Positions 40,027 to 49,291 of a DNA stretch of 64,000 bases are shown here, piece by piece. The DNA comes from Elusimicrobiota bacterium (lineage in GTDB: Bacteria > Elusimicrobiota > Elusimicrobia > UBA1565 > UBA9628). Position numbers and translations under genes: made by a program. The stretch spans positions 1,211-65,210 of the forward strand of contig JAKFCD010000083.1 of NCBI GenBank assembly GCA_036676805.1. The letters are read 5' to 3'. The notes below the pieces were generated by a model, which was given only the letters and a program-made list of their open reading frames with translations, ran no database searches and was not told the DNA's origin. Each line of letters opens with the position of its first letter. Positions within the stretch are counted from its first letter, which is position 1.

Positions 40027-43000
40027 TCAGGAGGCCTCGAAGCGCCGCGCCTCCGCCTTGAGCGCCTGCATGTCCACCTTGCCCGAGCCGAGAAGCGGGA
40101 ATGCCTCGACCTTGTGGAAATTCGACTTGTCCGGAAGCCAAAGCTTGGGCAGGCCGGTGTCGGCGAGCTTCTTGAGGAGGACGTCGAGCTCGACCTCGGC
40201 GTTGTGCAGGACCACGAGGCGCTCGCCGCGCCGGTCGTCGGGCACGCCGGCGACGACGAAGGTCAGGTCGAGGACGCCGTGGACCTCGTGCAGGCTCTCC
40301 TCGACCTTGACGTGGGGCACCATCTCGCCGGCGACCTTGGAGAAGCGCGAGAGCCGGTCGGTCAAGGTGATAAAGCCGTCCTCGTCGATGCGGGCGATGT
40401 CGCCGGTCACGTAGTAGCCGTCCTTTATGACCTCGGCCGTGCGCGCCTCATCGCCGAGGTAGCCCTTCATGACGTTGGGGCCCTTCACCAGCAGCAGGCC
40501 GGGCTGGTCGGCGCCGAGCTCCCGGCCGGTGTCCGGGTCGACGACCTTCATGAATACGCCGGGCAGGGGCTGGCCCACGGTGCCGAGCTTGGTCCCGGTC
40601 TGGTTGATGCCGGGCCAGGCGATGTCGGGTATGTTGACCGACGCCACGGGAGAGAGCTCGGTGGCGCCGTAGCCCTCGAGCGGGACGAGGCCGTACTTCT
40701 CCACGAAGGCCTTGGCGACCTCGGCGCGCAGCTTCTCGGCGCCGACCACGACGCGGCGCAAAGACTTGAACTTCGCGGCCTCGACGCGGCGCAGCCAGGC
40801 GAGCAGGAAGGTCGGGGTGCCGAGAAGGCAGGTGACCTTGTATTGCTCGGCCAGGTCGCCGATGCGGCGGGCGTCGAGGGGATTGTAGTGGTACACCGTC
40901 CCCATGCCCAGGCGCAGGGGCATCCACAAGGTCACGGTGAAGCCGAAGGAGTGGAAGAACGGGAGCGCGCCGAGCATGCGATCGTCGGGGCCGAACTGGA
41001 CCACCTGGGCGACGGCCTCGAGGTTGGCGAGGACGTTCGCGTGGGTGAGCATGACGCCCTTGGGGACGCCGGTGGAGCCGCTGGTGAACATGATGGTCGC
41101 CAGGCGATCCAAGGATCCGCGGGCCTGAGAGAAGAACGTTCGTTCCAGGAGGAAGGACGGGATGATGAGGAATAGGACCGCGTGAAAGGCTTTTGACAGC
41201 GGGGAAAGGGCCGGGGCGAGATCCTCGATATATATCTTCTTGCCGTTCGGTTCCCAGCCCAATTTTTCCGAGAACTTGCGCGAGGTGACTATGGTGTTGA
41301 TGCCGGCCTTGTTGACGCACGCATCCACGACCTCTTTACTGGCCGTATAGTTAAGATTGATGGCGACCTTGCCGTGCAGACCGAGGCCGACGTTGACGAG
41401 CGCCGCGGGGGCGGATGGCGGGAGAAAGATCCCAGTGTTTTCCTCGCCTTCGGCGAGGTGTATGGCGACGGCTTTACCTAACAGATATGAGCCCGTCAAC
41501 GATTGAATGGCGCTCAAACGCGTGCCGGACGAATCGGCCATGCTCAGGGCAAACGGACGAGATTTAGCTTGTCGACTGAATGCCAACGGCAACGGTGGCG
41601 AGTCCTGGAGCCTGTGCGAGAAAGCTTCGGCGCCGAGGGCGAGAATGGCCTGTCTCACTTCGAATGCCGACGCCGTTGCCGGTAACGGTTTCCCGAAACT
41701 CACGGTCACCCGATACGGAATGCGACGCGGCCACTTAAAAACTATTTTACCCCCCGAAAAACTAAAAATGCTTCCCCACACCTCATCCAAATGCACCGGC
41801 ACGATCGGCACCTCGACGCCGTGCACCATGCTCTCGAAGCCGCGCTTGAAGCGCTGCATCTGGCCATGCCGGCTGATCTCGCCCTCGGCGAAGATACAGA
41901 CCGCCTCGCCCGACATCATGTACTCGCGCGCGCGTTTAAAAGAAGCCACGAGGGCCTTCGGCCCGTCGCCGCTCGAGACGGGGATGCAGCCCATGGCGCG
42001 AAAGAACCAGCCGGCGACGGGCAGGTCGTAAAAGGCGCGCAGCATGAGAAAGCGCACCAGGCGCTGGTTGGCCATCGCGATCAAGATCGCGTCGATGAAC
42101 GACACGTGGTTGGCCACGAGCAGGACCGGGCCGTCTACGGGCACGTTCTCCTGTCCGGTCGTGCGGATGCTGTAGACGAGGCGCGTCACCGGCAGGAACA
42201 AGAGGCGCAGGAAGAAGTCCGGCAGGCGCCGGAGGATCTCGAAGGCGACCACCGCCGACATCGCCGCGGTCACGAGGAAGACCTGGGCCGGGTCCAGGCG
42301 AAACGCGGCGTCGAGGGCCCACAGCGCCGCCGTCGCGATCAGGATTCCCGAGAAGCACAGGAAGCTGCCCGTCGCCACGATCCGGCCGCGCTCCCCCGGC
42401 GCGCTGCGCTGTTGGATGAAGGCCTGCAGGGGCACGGCGTAGAACCCGGCGGACAGGCCGGCCAGCAGAAGGTCGACCGCGACGCGGTTCATCGAGCGGT
42501 GCGCGAAGGCCAGGTCCGCGCCGAAGATCACGAGGCCGAGCGCGCCCAGCGGCACGAGCCCGAGCTCCACGCGCCCGCGCGAGAGGCGCCCGGCGATGTA
42601 GGAGCCCGCGCCGATGCCCAGCGCCAACACCACCTGCAGGCGCCCGCAGGCCGGCTCGCTTAAGCCCATCAGGCGCGTGCCGTAGATCAGGAGGTTCATC
42701 TGGAACATCGCGCCGACGAACCAGAAGAAGGCCGCCGCGTAGGTCGCGAGGTTGACGCTTTCGAGGGAGGCGAGATGACGGAGGTTGGCCGCCGTGCTCG
42801 AGACGACGTCGAAGGAGAGCGCCGCGCCGGGCCGGGCCGCCTTCGCGGCCGGGATCAGCAGCGACGCGAGGAAGCCCGCGGCCGCGACCGCCGCGAACGC
42901 CGCCGCCGCGAGCCCGGGACGCCCGCCCGCCCAGGTCACGAGCTCGGAGGCGCAGGCCGTGCCGAGTATGATCGCGGCGAAGCTCCACATCTGCACGAGG

Positions 43001-43419
43001 CCGTTGGCGTTGGAGAGCTCCGCGTCCGTCACGAGCTCCGGGACGATCGAGAACTTCACGGGGCCGAAGAAGGCGGAATGCGTCCCCATCAGGAAGAGCA
43101 GGACCAGCAGGGCCGGCGCGCTGCGGGCCGCCAGGGCGGGAACGGCGAGCAGCATCAGCGCGATCTCGATCGCCTTGAAGATCGAGACGAGCCGGGCCTT
43201 CGGCCAGCGGTCGGCCATGTCGCCGCCGGCGGTCGAGAACAGCAGGAAAGGCAGGATGAACGCGCCTCCGGCCATGGCGATGAACGCGGGCGCGTCGCCG
43301 GGCGCGGCCGCGACCACGGACAGGACGACGAAGGTCTTGAAGGCGTTGTCGTTGAACGCGCCCGTCGCCTGCGCCGCCAGAAAGCCGCGAAAACCAGCCG
43401 ACGCCGTGCCGGAGCTCAC
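40027..43419 (-). CDS. aas: LplT-like MFS, acyltransferase and acyl-ACP synthetase fusion
   Basis: GAFNDNAFK, NHVSFID, FAEGEISR, FTSGSTGVPKG and EGYGATE; GTG start overlaps the upstream stop. Confidence 0.93.
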   Translation of the reverse strand: MSSGTASAGFRGFLAAQATGAFNDNAFKTFVVLSVVAAAPGDAPAFIAMAGGAFILPFLLFSTAGGDMADRWPKARLVSIFKAIEIALMLLAVPALAARSAPALLVLLFLMGTHSAFFGPVKFSIVPELVTDAELSNANGLVQMWSFAAIILGTACASELVTWAGGRPGLAAAAFAAVAAAGFLASLLIPAAKAARPGAALSFDVVSSTAANLRHLASLESVNLATYAAAFFWFVGAMFQMNLLIYGTRLMGLSEPACGRLQVVLALGIGAGSYIAGRLSRGRVELGLVPLGALGLVIFGADLAFAHRSMNRVAVDLLLAGLSAGFYAVPLQAFIQQRSAPGERGRIVATGSFLCFSGILIATAALWALDAAFRLDPAQVFLVTAAMSAVVAFEILRRLPDFFLRLLFLPVTRLVYSIRTTGQENVPVDGPVLLVANHVSFIDAILIAMANQRLVRFLMLRAFYDLPVAGWFFRAMGCIPVSSGDGPKALVASFKRAREYMMSGEAVCIFAEGEISRHGQMQRFKRGFESMVHGVEVPIVPVHLDEVWGSIFSFSGGKIVFKWPRRIPYRVTVSFGKPLPATASAFEVRQAILALGAEAFSHRLQDSPPLPLAFSRQAKSRPFALSMADSSGTRLSAIQSLTGSYLLGKAVAIHLAEGEENTGIFLPPSAPAALVNVGLGLHGKVAINLNYTASKEVVDACVNKAGINTIVTSRKFSEKLGWEPNGKKIYIEDLAPALSPLSKAFHAVLFLIIPSFLLERTFFSQARGSLDRLATIMFTSGSTGVPKGVMLTHANVLANLEAVAQVVQFGPDDRMLGALPFFHSFGFTVTLWMPLRLGMGTVYHYNPLDARRIGDLAEQYKVTCLLGTPTFLLAWLRRVEAAKFKSLRRVVVGAEKLRAEVAKAFVEKYGLVPLEGYGATELSPVASVNIPDIAWPGINQTGTKLGTVGQPLPGVFMKVVDPDTGRELGADQPGLLLVKGPNVMKGYLGDEARTAEVIKDGYYVTGDIARIDEDGFITLTDRLSRFSKVAGEMVPHVKVEESLHEVHGVLDLTFVVAGVPDDRRGERLVVLHNAEVELDVLLKKLADTGLPKLWLPDKSNFHKVEAFPLLGSGKVDMQALKAEARRFEAS

Positions 43420-44234
43420 GGGGCCTTGGCCGCCTCGCGCTCGAGCGCGGCGCGGCGCTCCCAGGAGCCGGGATGCGTGCGGAAGTAGTCGGAGAGGCCC
43501 TCGGCGGCGACCCGTCCCGGGCCGCGGCGGAGCTCCGCGTCCGCCTTGAGGCCCAGGGCGTCGAAGGTCCGCAGGCCCGCGGCCGGATCGCGCTTGAGCG
43601 AGCGCAGCAGGCGCGCGGCGTAGGCGTCCGCCTCGAGCTCCTGGCCCGGCGAAAAGTGCAGCGAGGCGAGCAGGCGCGGTATGAGGATGACGCCGCCGAG
43701 CAGGGCGCGCAGCGGGTCCTTGGCGCCCGCGCGCAGGCGGTACGCGTCGGCGCAATGGCCGAGCTCGATGTGGCCGATCTCGTGGCCGAGCGTGAACAGC
43801 AAGGCGTCGGGATCCTGGTGGAGCTTCTCGAGCAGCCCGAAGGTCGCGTAGACGAAGCCGCCGGGGACGGCGAAGGCGTTGACCTGGCGGTGGTCCGAGG
43901 TCCGGAAATCGTAGCGCCCGCGAAAGCGCGTCACGAGCGGCGAGCCCGCCGCCTCGAGGCCGAGCTCCCTCCACAGGGCGGCGCGCGAGGCGCCGGTCGT
44001 GCCGGGCGCCGGCTCGGACGCGCCCAGGTCCTTGGCGATTCTCTCGCCGATGGCGCGCTCCTCGTCGGCCGAGAGCGGGAAGACGATCGCCGAGCCCCGG
44101 TCGAGGCCCTTGGCGTGCTCGGCGACGGCGCGCGAGACGGGCAGAAGGCTCTCCCGGCTGCGCCCGCCCCGGCTCACGACGAACGCGGCCGACAGGGCGA
44201 AGGCGACGAGCGCGAACGGCGCGGCCTTTTTCAC
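43416..44234 (-). CDS. M48 family metallopeptidase
   Basis: VNAFAVPGG, GHEIGH, QELEAD and THPGSWER. Confidence 0.9.
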   Translation of the reverse strand: MKKAAPFALVAFALSAAFVVSRGGRSRESLLPVSRAVAEHAKGLDRGSAIVFPLSADEERAIGERIAKDLGASEPAPGTTGASRAALWRELGLEAAGSPLVTRFRGRYDFRTSDHRQVNAFAVPGGFVYATFGLLEKLHQDPDALLFTLGHEIGHIELGHCADAYRLRAGAKDPLRALLGGVILIPRLLASLHFSPGQELEADAYAARLLRSLKRDPAAGLRTFDALGLKADAELRRGPGRVAAEGLSDYFRTHPGSWERRAALEREAAKAP

Positions 44235-46696
44235 TCGCCGGCGCCCGCCCGGTTGTAGAGGCTGGAGGCGAAGATGAGCACGACGCCGAGGGCCACGAAG
44301 CTCGCCACGCGGTGCGGCAGCGGAAGGTTGGCCGTGTCGGAGAGCAGCGCCTTGGCGACGCACAGGCCCAGAAGCGTCAGGCCGGGAAGGCGCAGCTCGC
44401 GCCAGCCGAGCGCGATGCCGCCGGCGAGGAAGGATATGCCCAGGCCGGTCCACGCCAGCGTGAGCTGCACGCGGTCGAGCTCCTTGGCGAAATAGGCCGC
44501 TCCGAGCACGAGCGCCAGCAGGGCGAACATCGTCGCGGCCTGATCGTCGCGGTCGGCCTCGGCCTCCGCCGTTTTCGAGGCGGACAGGCCCCCGAGCAAG
44601 GCGCCGATCGACGACCAGTACAGCGCCGCGCGCGGCACGGTGAGCCCGGAGAGCAGGGCCGCCGGCGCGGTCAGGTAGGACACGCCCGCCTCGAGCGCGG
44701 CGCCTCCCGCCAGGATGAGGGACTGGGCGCGGAAGTCGGCGCTTCTCGTCGTCCGCCCGAGCCAGAAAAGCCCAAGCGAGGCGAACGCCCAGACGGGCAG
44801 GCGCAGGCGCCCGTCGAACTCGCGGTACACCGCGAAGGACGCGACCGCCAGGAGCATCCAGGAGACGGCGCGGCGCTGCTCGGCGCGGCTGAACGGCGTC
44901 CACCGCGAAGACAGCTCCTCCTCCATCGGGTCGGCGCACAGCAGGTACAGATAGGCGCCGACGACGACCGCGCTCACCAGCAGACGCGACGAGAGCCCGA
45001 TCCCGCTCGCTCCCGTCCCGTAGTCGACGAAGAAGGAGTAGAAGCCGAAGCCGAGCTCGAGCGCGGCGGCCTGCACCCATAGATGCACGCGGCCCAGGCG
45101 CACGGCCAGGTGCTCGCCGATGATCGCGAGGGCGACGAGGCAGCATAGGAACGGCGCCGCGTCGAGCGCCCCCCACAGGCCGAGCACGAGCGCGGCGGTG
45201 CCGATGTAGAGCCAGTACTCGGTCGCCGGCTTCTCCCACTCCTCGGGGTCGGCCAGCCACAGGCGGTGGAAGCGCGAGAAGAAGTACGAGAGGCCGGAGA
45301 ACACGAACAGCGCCATCGCCGCCGCGCGGCGCGCCTCCTCGCCGCGGCGCGCGACCTCGGTGTAGAACATGAAGGTCAGCAGGCCCATGCACAGCCCGGC
45401 CGCGCGCCAGACGGGCTGGCCCAGGAACAGGCCGATGAACACCCAGCCCGTGGAGACCCCGACCCAGGCGATCAGCTTCCACATCGGATCGGGCATCTCG
45501 AAGACCGCCGCCGCGAGCAGGGCCAGGGGAATGACGCCGCCCAGGCTCACCGACGCCGCCTTGCGCCCGAGGACCTTCAGGTGGCCGATGGCGGGAAGAA
45601 GAAAAAGGGCGCTCAGGGCGCAGGCGCGCGGCAGGCTCGCGTGGCCGAAGTAGACCCGCCCCATCGAGCCCGCGACGAGGGCGAACAGGGCCGCGTTGAG
45701 GCACAGGGCCGCGTCGAGGATGCGCGACTGCTCCGGCGTGTCCAGGCGCTCGCGCGTGCGGGGCACGAAGGGCATGAGCGCTGCGATCAGGTAGCCGCCG
45801 GCCAGCCAGCCGAAGGGCTGGGCGAAGTTCGCCGCCGTGTGCTCCGCGGGCGGCAGGCCGATGGTGCGGAAGTACACGGGCACGTAGTTCGCGTGGAAGC
45901 CGATCAGCGCGGGCAGGAGGACGTCGGCCTCGCCGGACTCGACGGCGATCATGGCCGAGGCGGCGAGCAGGAGCAGGAACAGGTCGAAGGAGGCGATGTC
46001 CGCCCGGCAGAACAGCAGCAGGAAATAGGCCAGGCTGAACGCGTACAGCCGGAACGCCCGCGAGCCGGTCAGCAGGGCGTGGCCGATCATCCCGCCGGCG
46101 GCCGCGAGCAGCAGCGCCAGCGCGGTCTGCGGCGACTCGACGATCTTGACGGGCTCGAAATGATAGACCGCGTAGGCCGTGACGTAGAGGACCGACCAGC
46201 CCCCGCCGAGCAGCGCGCCCGAGAGGCTCTGATACGGGGGCCGGGAGCGCACGTAGAGGCCCAGGCCCACGAGGGCGGCGCCCGCGGCGGCGGCCATGAG
46301 CGCGCGCTCGTGCGGGCTCGTGTGCTGGGCGCGCCAGATCAGGAAGAAGACCACGCCGAGCCCGAGGATCAGCGCGCCCACGTACTGCAGCATCTTCTCG
46401 CCGATGAACTTCTCGGAGAACGCGGAGGAATAATCGCGCGCCGCCGCCGGCGCGGAGCGCAGCGGGCCCGAGGCCTTGGGCGGCGGAGCCTGGCCCTTGG
46501 CCTTGCGCACGAGCTCCTCGAAAGTGGTGGTCGGGGCCGGGGCCGGGACGTCCGCGACGGGCTTCGGCGGCTCCGCCTTGGGCGCCGGCTTCGGGGCCGG
46601 GCTGCCGCCCTTGAGCCTCTCGACCTCGTCGCGCAGCGAGCGGACCTCGAGGCTCAACTCGCGCAGCTGAGCCTGGAGGTCCTCGTTTGTCGGCAT
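44231..46696 (-). CDS. DUF2339-type polytopic membrane protein
   Basis: N-terminal coiled coil and Pro linker, EKFIGEK..YVGALILGLG, about 20 TM helices, C-terminal RVASFVALG. Confidence 0.85.
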   Translation of the reverse strand: MPTNEDLQAQLRELSLEVRSLRDEVERLKGGSPAPKPAPKAEPPKPVADVPAPAPTTTFEELVRKAKGQAPPPKASGPLRSAPAAARDYSSAFSEKFIGEKMLQYVGALILGLGVVFFLIWRAQHTSPHERALMAAAAGAALVGLGLYVRSRPPYQSLSGALLGGGWSVLYVTAYAVYHFEPVKIVESPQTALALLLAAAGGMIGHALLTGSRAFRLYAFSLAYFLLLFCRADIASFDLFLLLLAASAMIAVESGEADVLLPALIGFHANYVPVYFRTIGLPPAEHTAANFAQPFGWLAGGYLIAALMPFVPRTRERLDTPEQSRILDAALCLNAALFALVAGSMGRVYFGHASLPRACALSALFLLPAIGHLKVLGRKAASVSLGGVIPLALLAAAVFEMPDPMWKLIAWVGVSTGWVFIGLFLGQPVWRAAGLCMGLLTFMFYTEVARRGEEARRAAAMALFVFSGLSYFFSRFHRLWLADPEEWEKPATEYWLYIGTAALVLGLWGALDAAPFLCCLVALAIIGEHLAVRLGRVHLWVQAAALELGFGFYSFFVDYGTGASGIGLSSRLLVSAVVVGAYLYLLCADPMEEELSSRWTPFSRAEQRRAVSWMLLAVASFAVYREFDGRLRLPVWAFASLGLFWLGRTTRSADFRAQSLILAGGAALEAGVSYLTAPAALLSGLTVPRAALYWSSIGALLGGLSASKTAEAEADRDDQAATMFALLALVLGAAYFAKELDRVQLTLAWTGLGISFLAGGIALGWRELRLPGLTLLGLCVAKALLSDTANLPLPHRVASFVALGVVLIFASSLYNRAGAGE

Positions 46697-46704
46697 GAAG
46701 GTCT

Positions 46705-46738
46705 AAGGATAAGGCCGAGGCCGATTTCTGTCAAGCCC
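46705..46738 (-). promoter_or_regulatory. Sigma70-type promoter of the DUF2339 operon
   Basis: TTGACA-17 nt-TATCCT, with ATG 9 nt downstream. Confidence 0.6.
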
Positions 46739-46843
46739 GGCTCGTCCGGTTTTAACGTCTGATGGTTCCGCCTATGCTTTAAAGCAAAGAACCATCAGGG
46801 ATTATATCCGGCGCGGCTGGGCCGCAAGTTGTTAAACTGAGGC

Positions 46844-47302
46844 ATGGCCGAAGCCAAGGAGTTCAAGCCGCTCCAGGAGTTGGGGGCGATCCCCCTCGGC
46901 GAGACCAGCGAGCTCAAGTTCTACGTGGACGAGTTCAAAGGCCACCGGTACGGCTCGATCCGCACCTTCGTCAAGGGCGAAGCCTACAGCGGCCCCACCA
47001 AGGCGGGCGTCACTCTCAACGCGCGGGTGCTCGAGGAGACCTTGCCCGCCCTGGAGCGGCTGGCGGCCGAGCCCGCCGGCGCCGAGGACCGGGAACTGGT
47101 CCGCGTGCCCAAGAAAATGGGCGTGGAGCTCGTCGTCCGCGTCATGTTCCACCAGGAGACGGCGGGGGTCGACTTCCGCGAATGGGTCGACGAGGCCGGC
47201 GTCTCGGGCTGGTCCAAGAAAGGCGTGCGCGTTCCTTATAATAGCCTGGCGTTGATGGTCGGTTATCTCCGCCAAATGAAGGCCCTCGTCGCAAAACCCT
47301 GA
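46844..47302 (+). CDS. Tandem PC4/YdbC-like ssDNA-binding domain protein
   Basis: Two repeats: EFKGHRYGSIRTFV..GPTKAGVTL and GVDFREWV..GWSKKGVRV. Confidence 0.7.
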   Translation: MAEAKEFKPLQELGAIPLGETSELKFYVDEFKGHRYGSIRTFVKGEAYSGPTKAGVTLNARVLEETLPALERLAAEPAGAEDRELVRVPKKMGVELVVRVMFHQETAGVDFREWVDEAGVSGWSKKGVRVPYNSLALMVGYLRQMKALVAKP

Positions 47303-47348
47303 CGCCCGCCCCCTGGCGCGTCCTCTGAACTACTGTTATAGTGAACCC

Positions 47349-49286
47349 GTGAACTCCGGCGTCCTTGCGGCGATTTTCGTGCTCTTCCTGGCCGTCCCGT
47401 CGGACGCCGGCCAGGTGGAAGCCCCCGTATCCGTCCAGGTCCGGCCGGGCGGCCAAGCCGGCTCCATCGGCTCCTCTTTGGGCGCCCCCGCCCCGGTCCG
47501 GCTCGACGTGCTCTCCCTGACGGGCGTCGGGTCGCCGAGCCTGGCCTCGGCTTTGGCCCCGGCCCCCGTTTTCGCCGTTCCCGCCGCCCCCGCCGCCGCC
47601 GTCCCCGTCCTGCCGGTCTCCGCCGTGACGGCGGCCGGGCCCGCCGCGCTCGGCCAAGGGATTCGCCCGGCCGCGTCGGCTCCCGCGTCGCCCGCCGACC
47701 CCGGCGAAAGCGGCCTGGCCGAGGGCGCGGCGCTGTTCGATCAGGCCAAGCCCACGCTTTGGAGCGCCCTGCGCGAGCGCCTGCCTTTCGGCGAGCGCGC
47801 GCCTTCCTGGCCCGGCAAGGCCGGCGACGCCGTGCGCGTCGGGGGCGTCAAGGCCGTCCTCGACAAGCCCGTCGGCGACGGCGGGACCTCGAAGGTCTGG
47901 AGGTCGCGCGACGGGAACTACGCGATCAAGCTCCTGCATCCCGGCGCCCTGGCGCTGGCGGGCGTGCGCGAGGAGGCGGCGGCCTTGCGCGCTGTCTCGG
48001 CTTCCGACCTGCCCGTGGCCAAGCTCGTCGCCGAGAGCCGCGACGGGAAGGTCCTCGTCAAGGAGTTCATCGACGGCGCGACCGCCCATGAGCTGCTCGA
48101 GCGCGGACCGTTCTCCCGCTCCCAGGCCGAGGGCTGGCCCGAGCTCGCCGCCAAGCTCCTGTCCGCGGGCGTCACCGCCGACCTGGCGCGCGGCAATCTG
48201 GTCTGGCAGCACTGGCGCACCCGCTGGGTGATCGTCGACGCGGGGGGCCTCGAAGCCGGCGGCGCCAAGCCCGTGCTCGATCAGCTGCTGGCGCCCGAGC
48301 TGCTCGCCCGCACGGGCCTCGACGGGGCGGCCTTCCTGTCGGGCCTGCGCGCGCGCCTCGGCCCGGATTCCGCCGCCTGGGCCCGGACGCTCGCGGAGCT
48401 TCAAGCCGCGAAACTCGCCGCGGGGCCGCTGGCCGAGCTCGCCCGCCGCGACGCCGCGCGCCCCGCCGCGCCCCGCCTCGTCTTCGGGCCGGCTCCCCAA
48501 GGCCCGGCCGGGCTCGACGACACGGTCGTCACCGCCCGCGAGGCCGTCAGGCGCGCCGGCTACGACGCGCTGAACGCCAGGACGAAGCACAAGCTTCACG
48601 GCGACGACCCGGGCAAGCTCAACACCGTCATCTTGGCCGTCGAGGCCCCGGGTCAGGTCCCCTACGTCGTCAAGATCGCCCAATGGGACATCATCCGCAA
48701 CGAGGTCGCCCTGCGCCGCCTCGCCCGGCGCTTCTTCGGCCGCTACTTCCGCGTTCCCGCCTCCGTCGCGGTCAGGAACGGCTTCGAGTCGTACATGATC
48801 ATGGAGAAGCTCGACGCGTCGCCGTCGCACTACAAGAACCCGCTGAACAAGGAGCAGCGCGTGGCGGCCGCCCTGTTCCTGCGCACCTTCGGCGTCGGCG
48901 ACGTCAATCCCGGCAACGTGCTCGCCGGCCGCGACGGCGGCCTGCCCTGGCTTATCGATTTCGAGCAGGCCCTCGGCCGCGCCGCCCCGGTCGCCGGCCG
49001 GGTCCCCGACGAGCGCATCGCCCTCGAGATGCCGTGGCTGAGCCGAAGCGAGCGCAACGCCGTCGAGGACTATCAGCCCGGCGTGCGCGCCTGGCGCGAA
49101 TTCCTCAAGAAGCCCGAGACCCGCGCCGCGATCGCCGCGGATCTGACCGCCTCGGGCTTCACGCCGGCCGAGGCCGCCGGCCTCCTCGCCCGCTTCGACC
49201 TCAACGCCGCGGACCTGGACTGGACGCTCCAAAATGACGCAGACTTCGTGAACCAATTTGTCGACCGCAACGCCGCACACAGGTAA
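47349..49286 (+). CDS. Secreted protein with two kinase-like domains
   Basis: Signal peptide and leader; GDGGTSKVW..YAIK..DLARGN..IVDAG; then YVVK..GDVNPGNVL..LIDFE. Confidence 0.75.
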   Translation: MNSGVLAAIFVLFLAVPSDAGQVEAPVSVQVRPGGQAGSIGSSLGAPAPVRLDVLSLTGVGSPSLASALAPAPVFAVPAAPAAAVPVLPVSAVTAAGPAALGQGIRPAASAPASPADPGESGLAEGAALFDQAKPTLWSALRERLPFGERAPSWPGKAGDAVRVGGVKAVLDKPVGDGGTSKVWRSRDGNYAIKLLHPGALALAGVREEAAALRAVSASDLPVAKLVAESRDGKVLVKEFIDGATAHELLERGPFSRSQAEGWPELAAKLLSAGVTADLARGNLVWQHWRTRWVIVDAGGLEAGGAKPVLDQLLAPELLARTGLDGAAFLSGLRARLGPDSAAWARTLAELQAAKLAAGPLAELARRDAARPAAPRLVFGPAPQGPAGLDDTVVTAREAVRRAGYDALNARTKHKLHGDDPGKLNTVILAVEAPGQVPYVVKIAQWDIIRNEVALRRLARRFFGRYFRVPASVAVRNGFESYMIMEKLDASPSHYKNPLNKEQRVAAALFLRTFGVGDVNPGNVLAGRDGGLPWLIDFEQALGRAAPVAGRVPDERIALEMPWLSRSERNAVEDYQPGVRAWREFLKKPETRAAIAADLTASGFTPAEAAGLLARFDLNAADLDWTLQNDADFVNQFVDRNAAHR

Positions 49287-49291
49287 ACAAC

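Noticed and set aside
43416-45704. Long N-terminal extensions on M48 (762 aa) and Aas (1315 aa)
   Set aside because: Off-frame overlap with upstream genes; GTG starts overlapping upstream stops (44234, 43419) explain the operon.
46749-46798. CTGATG-starting hairpin as a hammerhead ribozyme or fluoride riboswitch
   Set aside because: Lacks the CUGAUGA/GAAA core and the fluoride riboswitch consensus; kept only as an unassigned hairpin.
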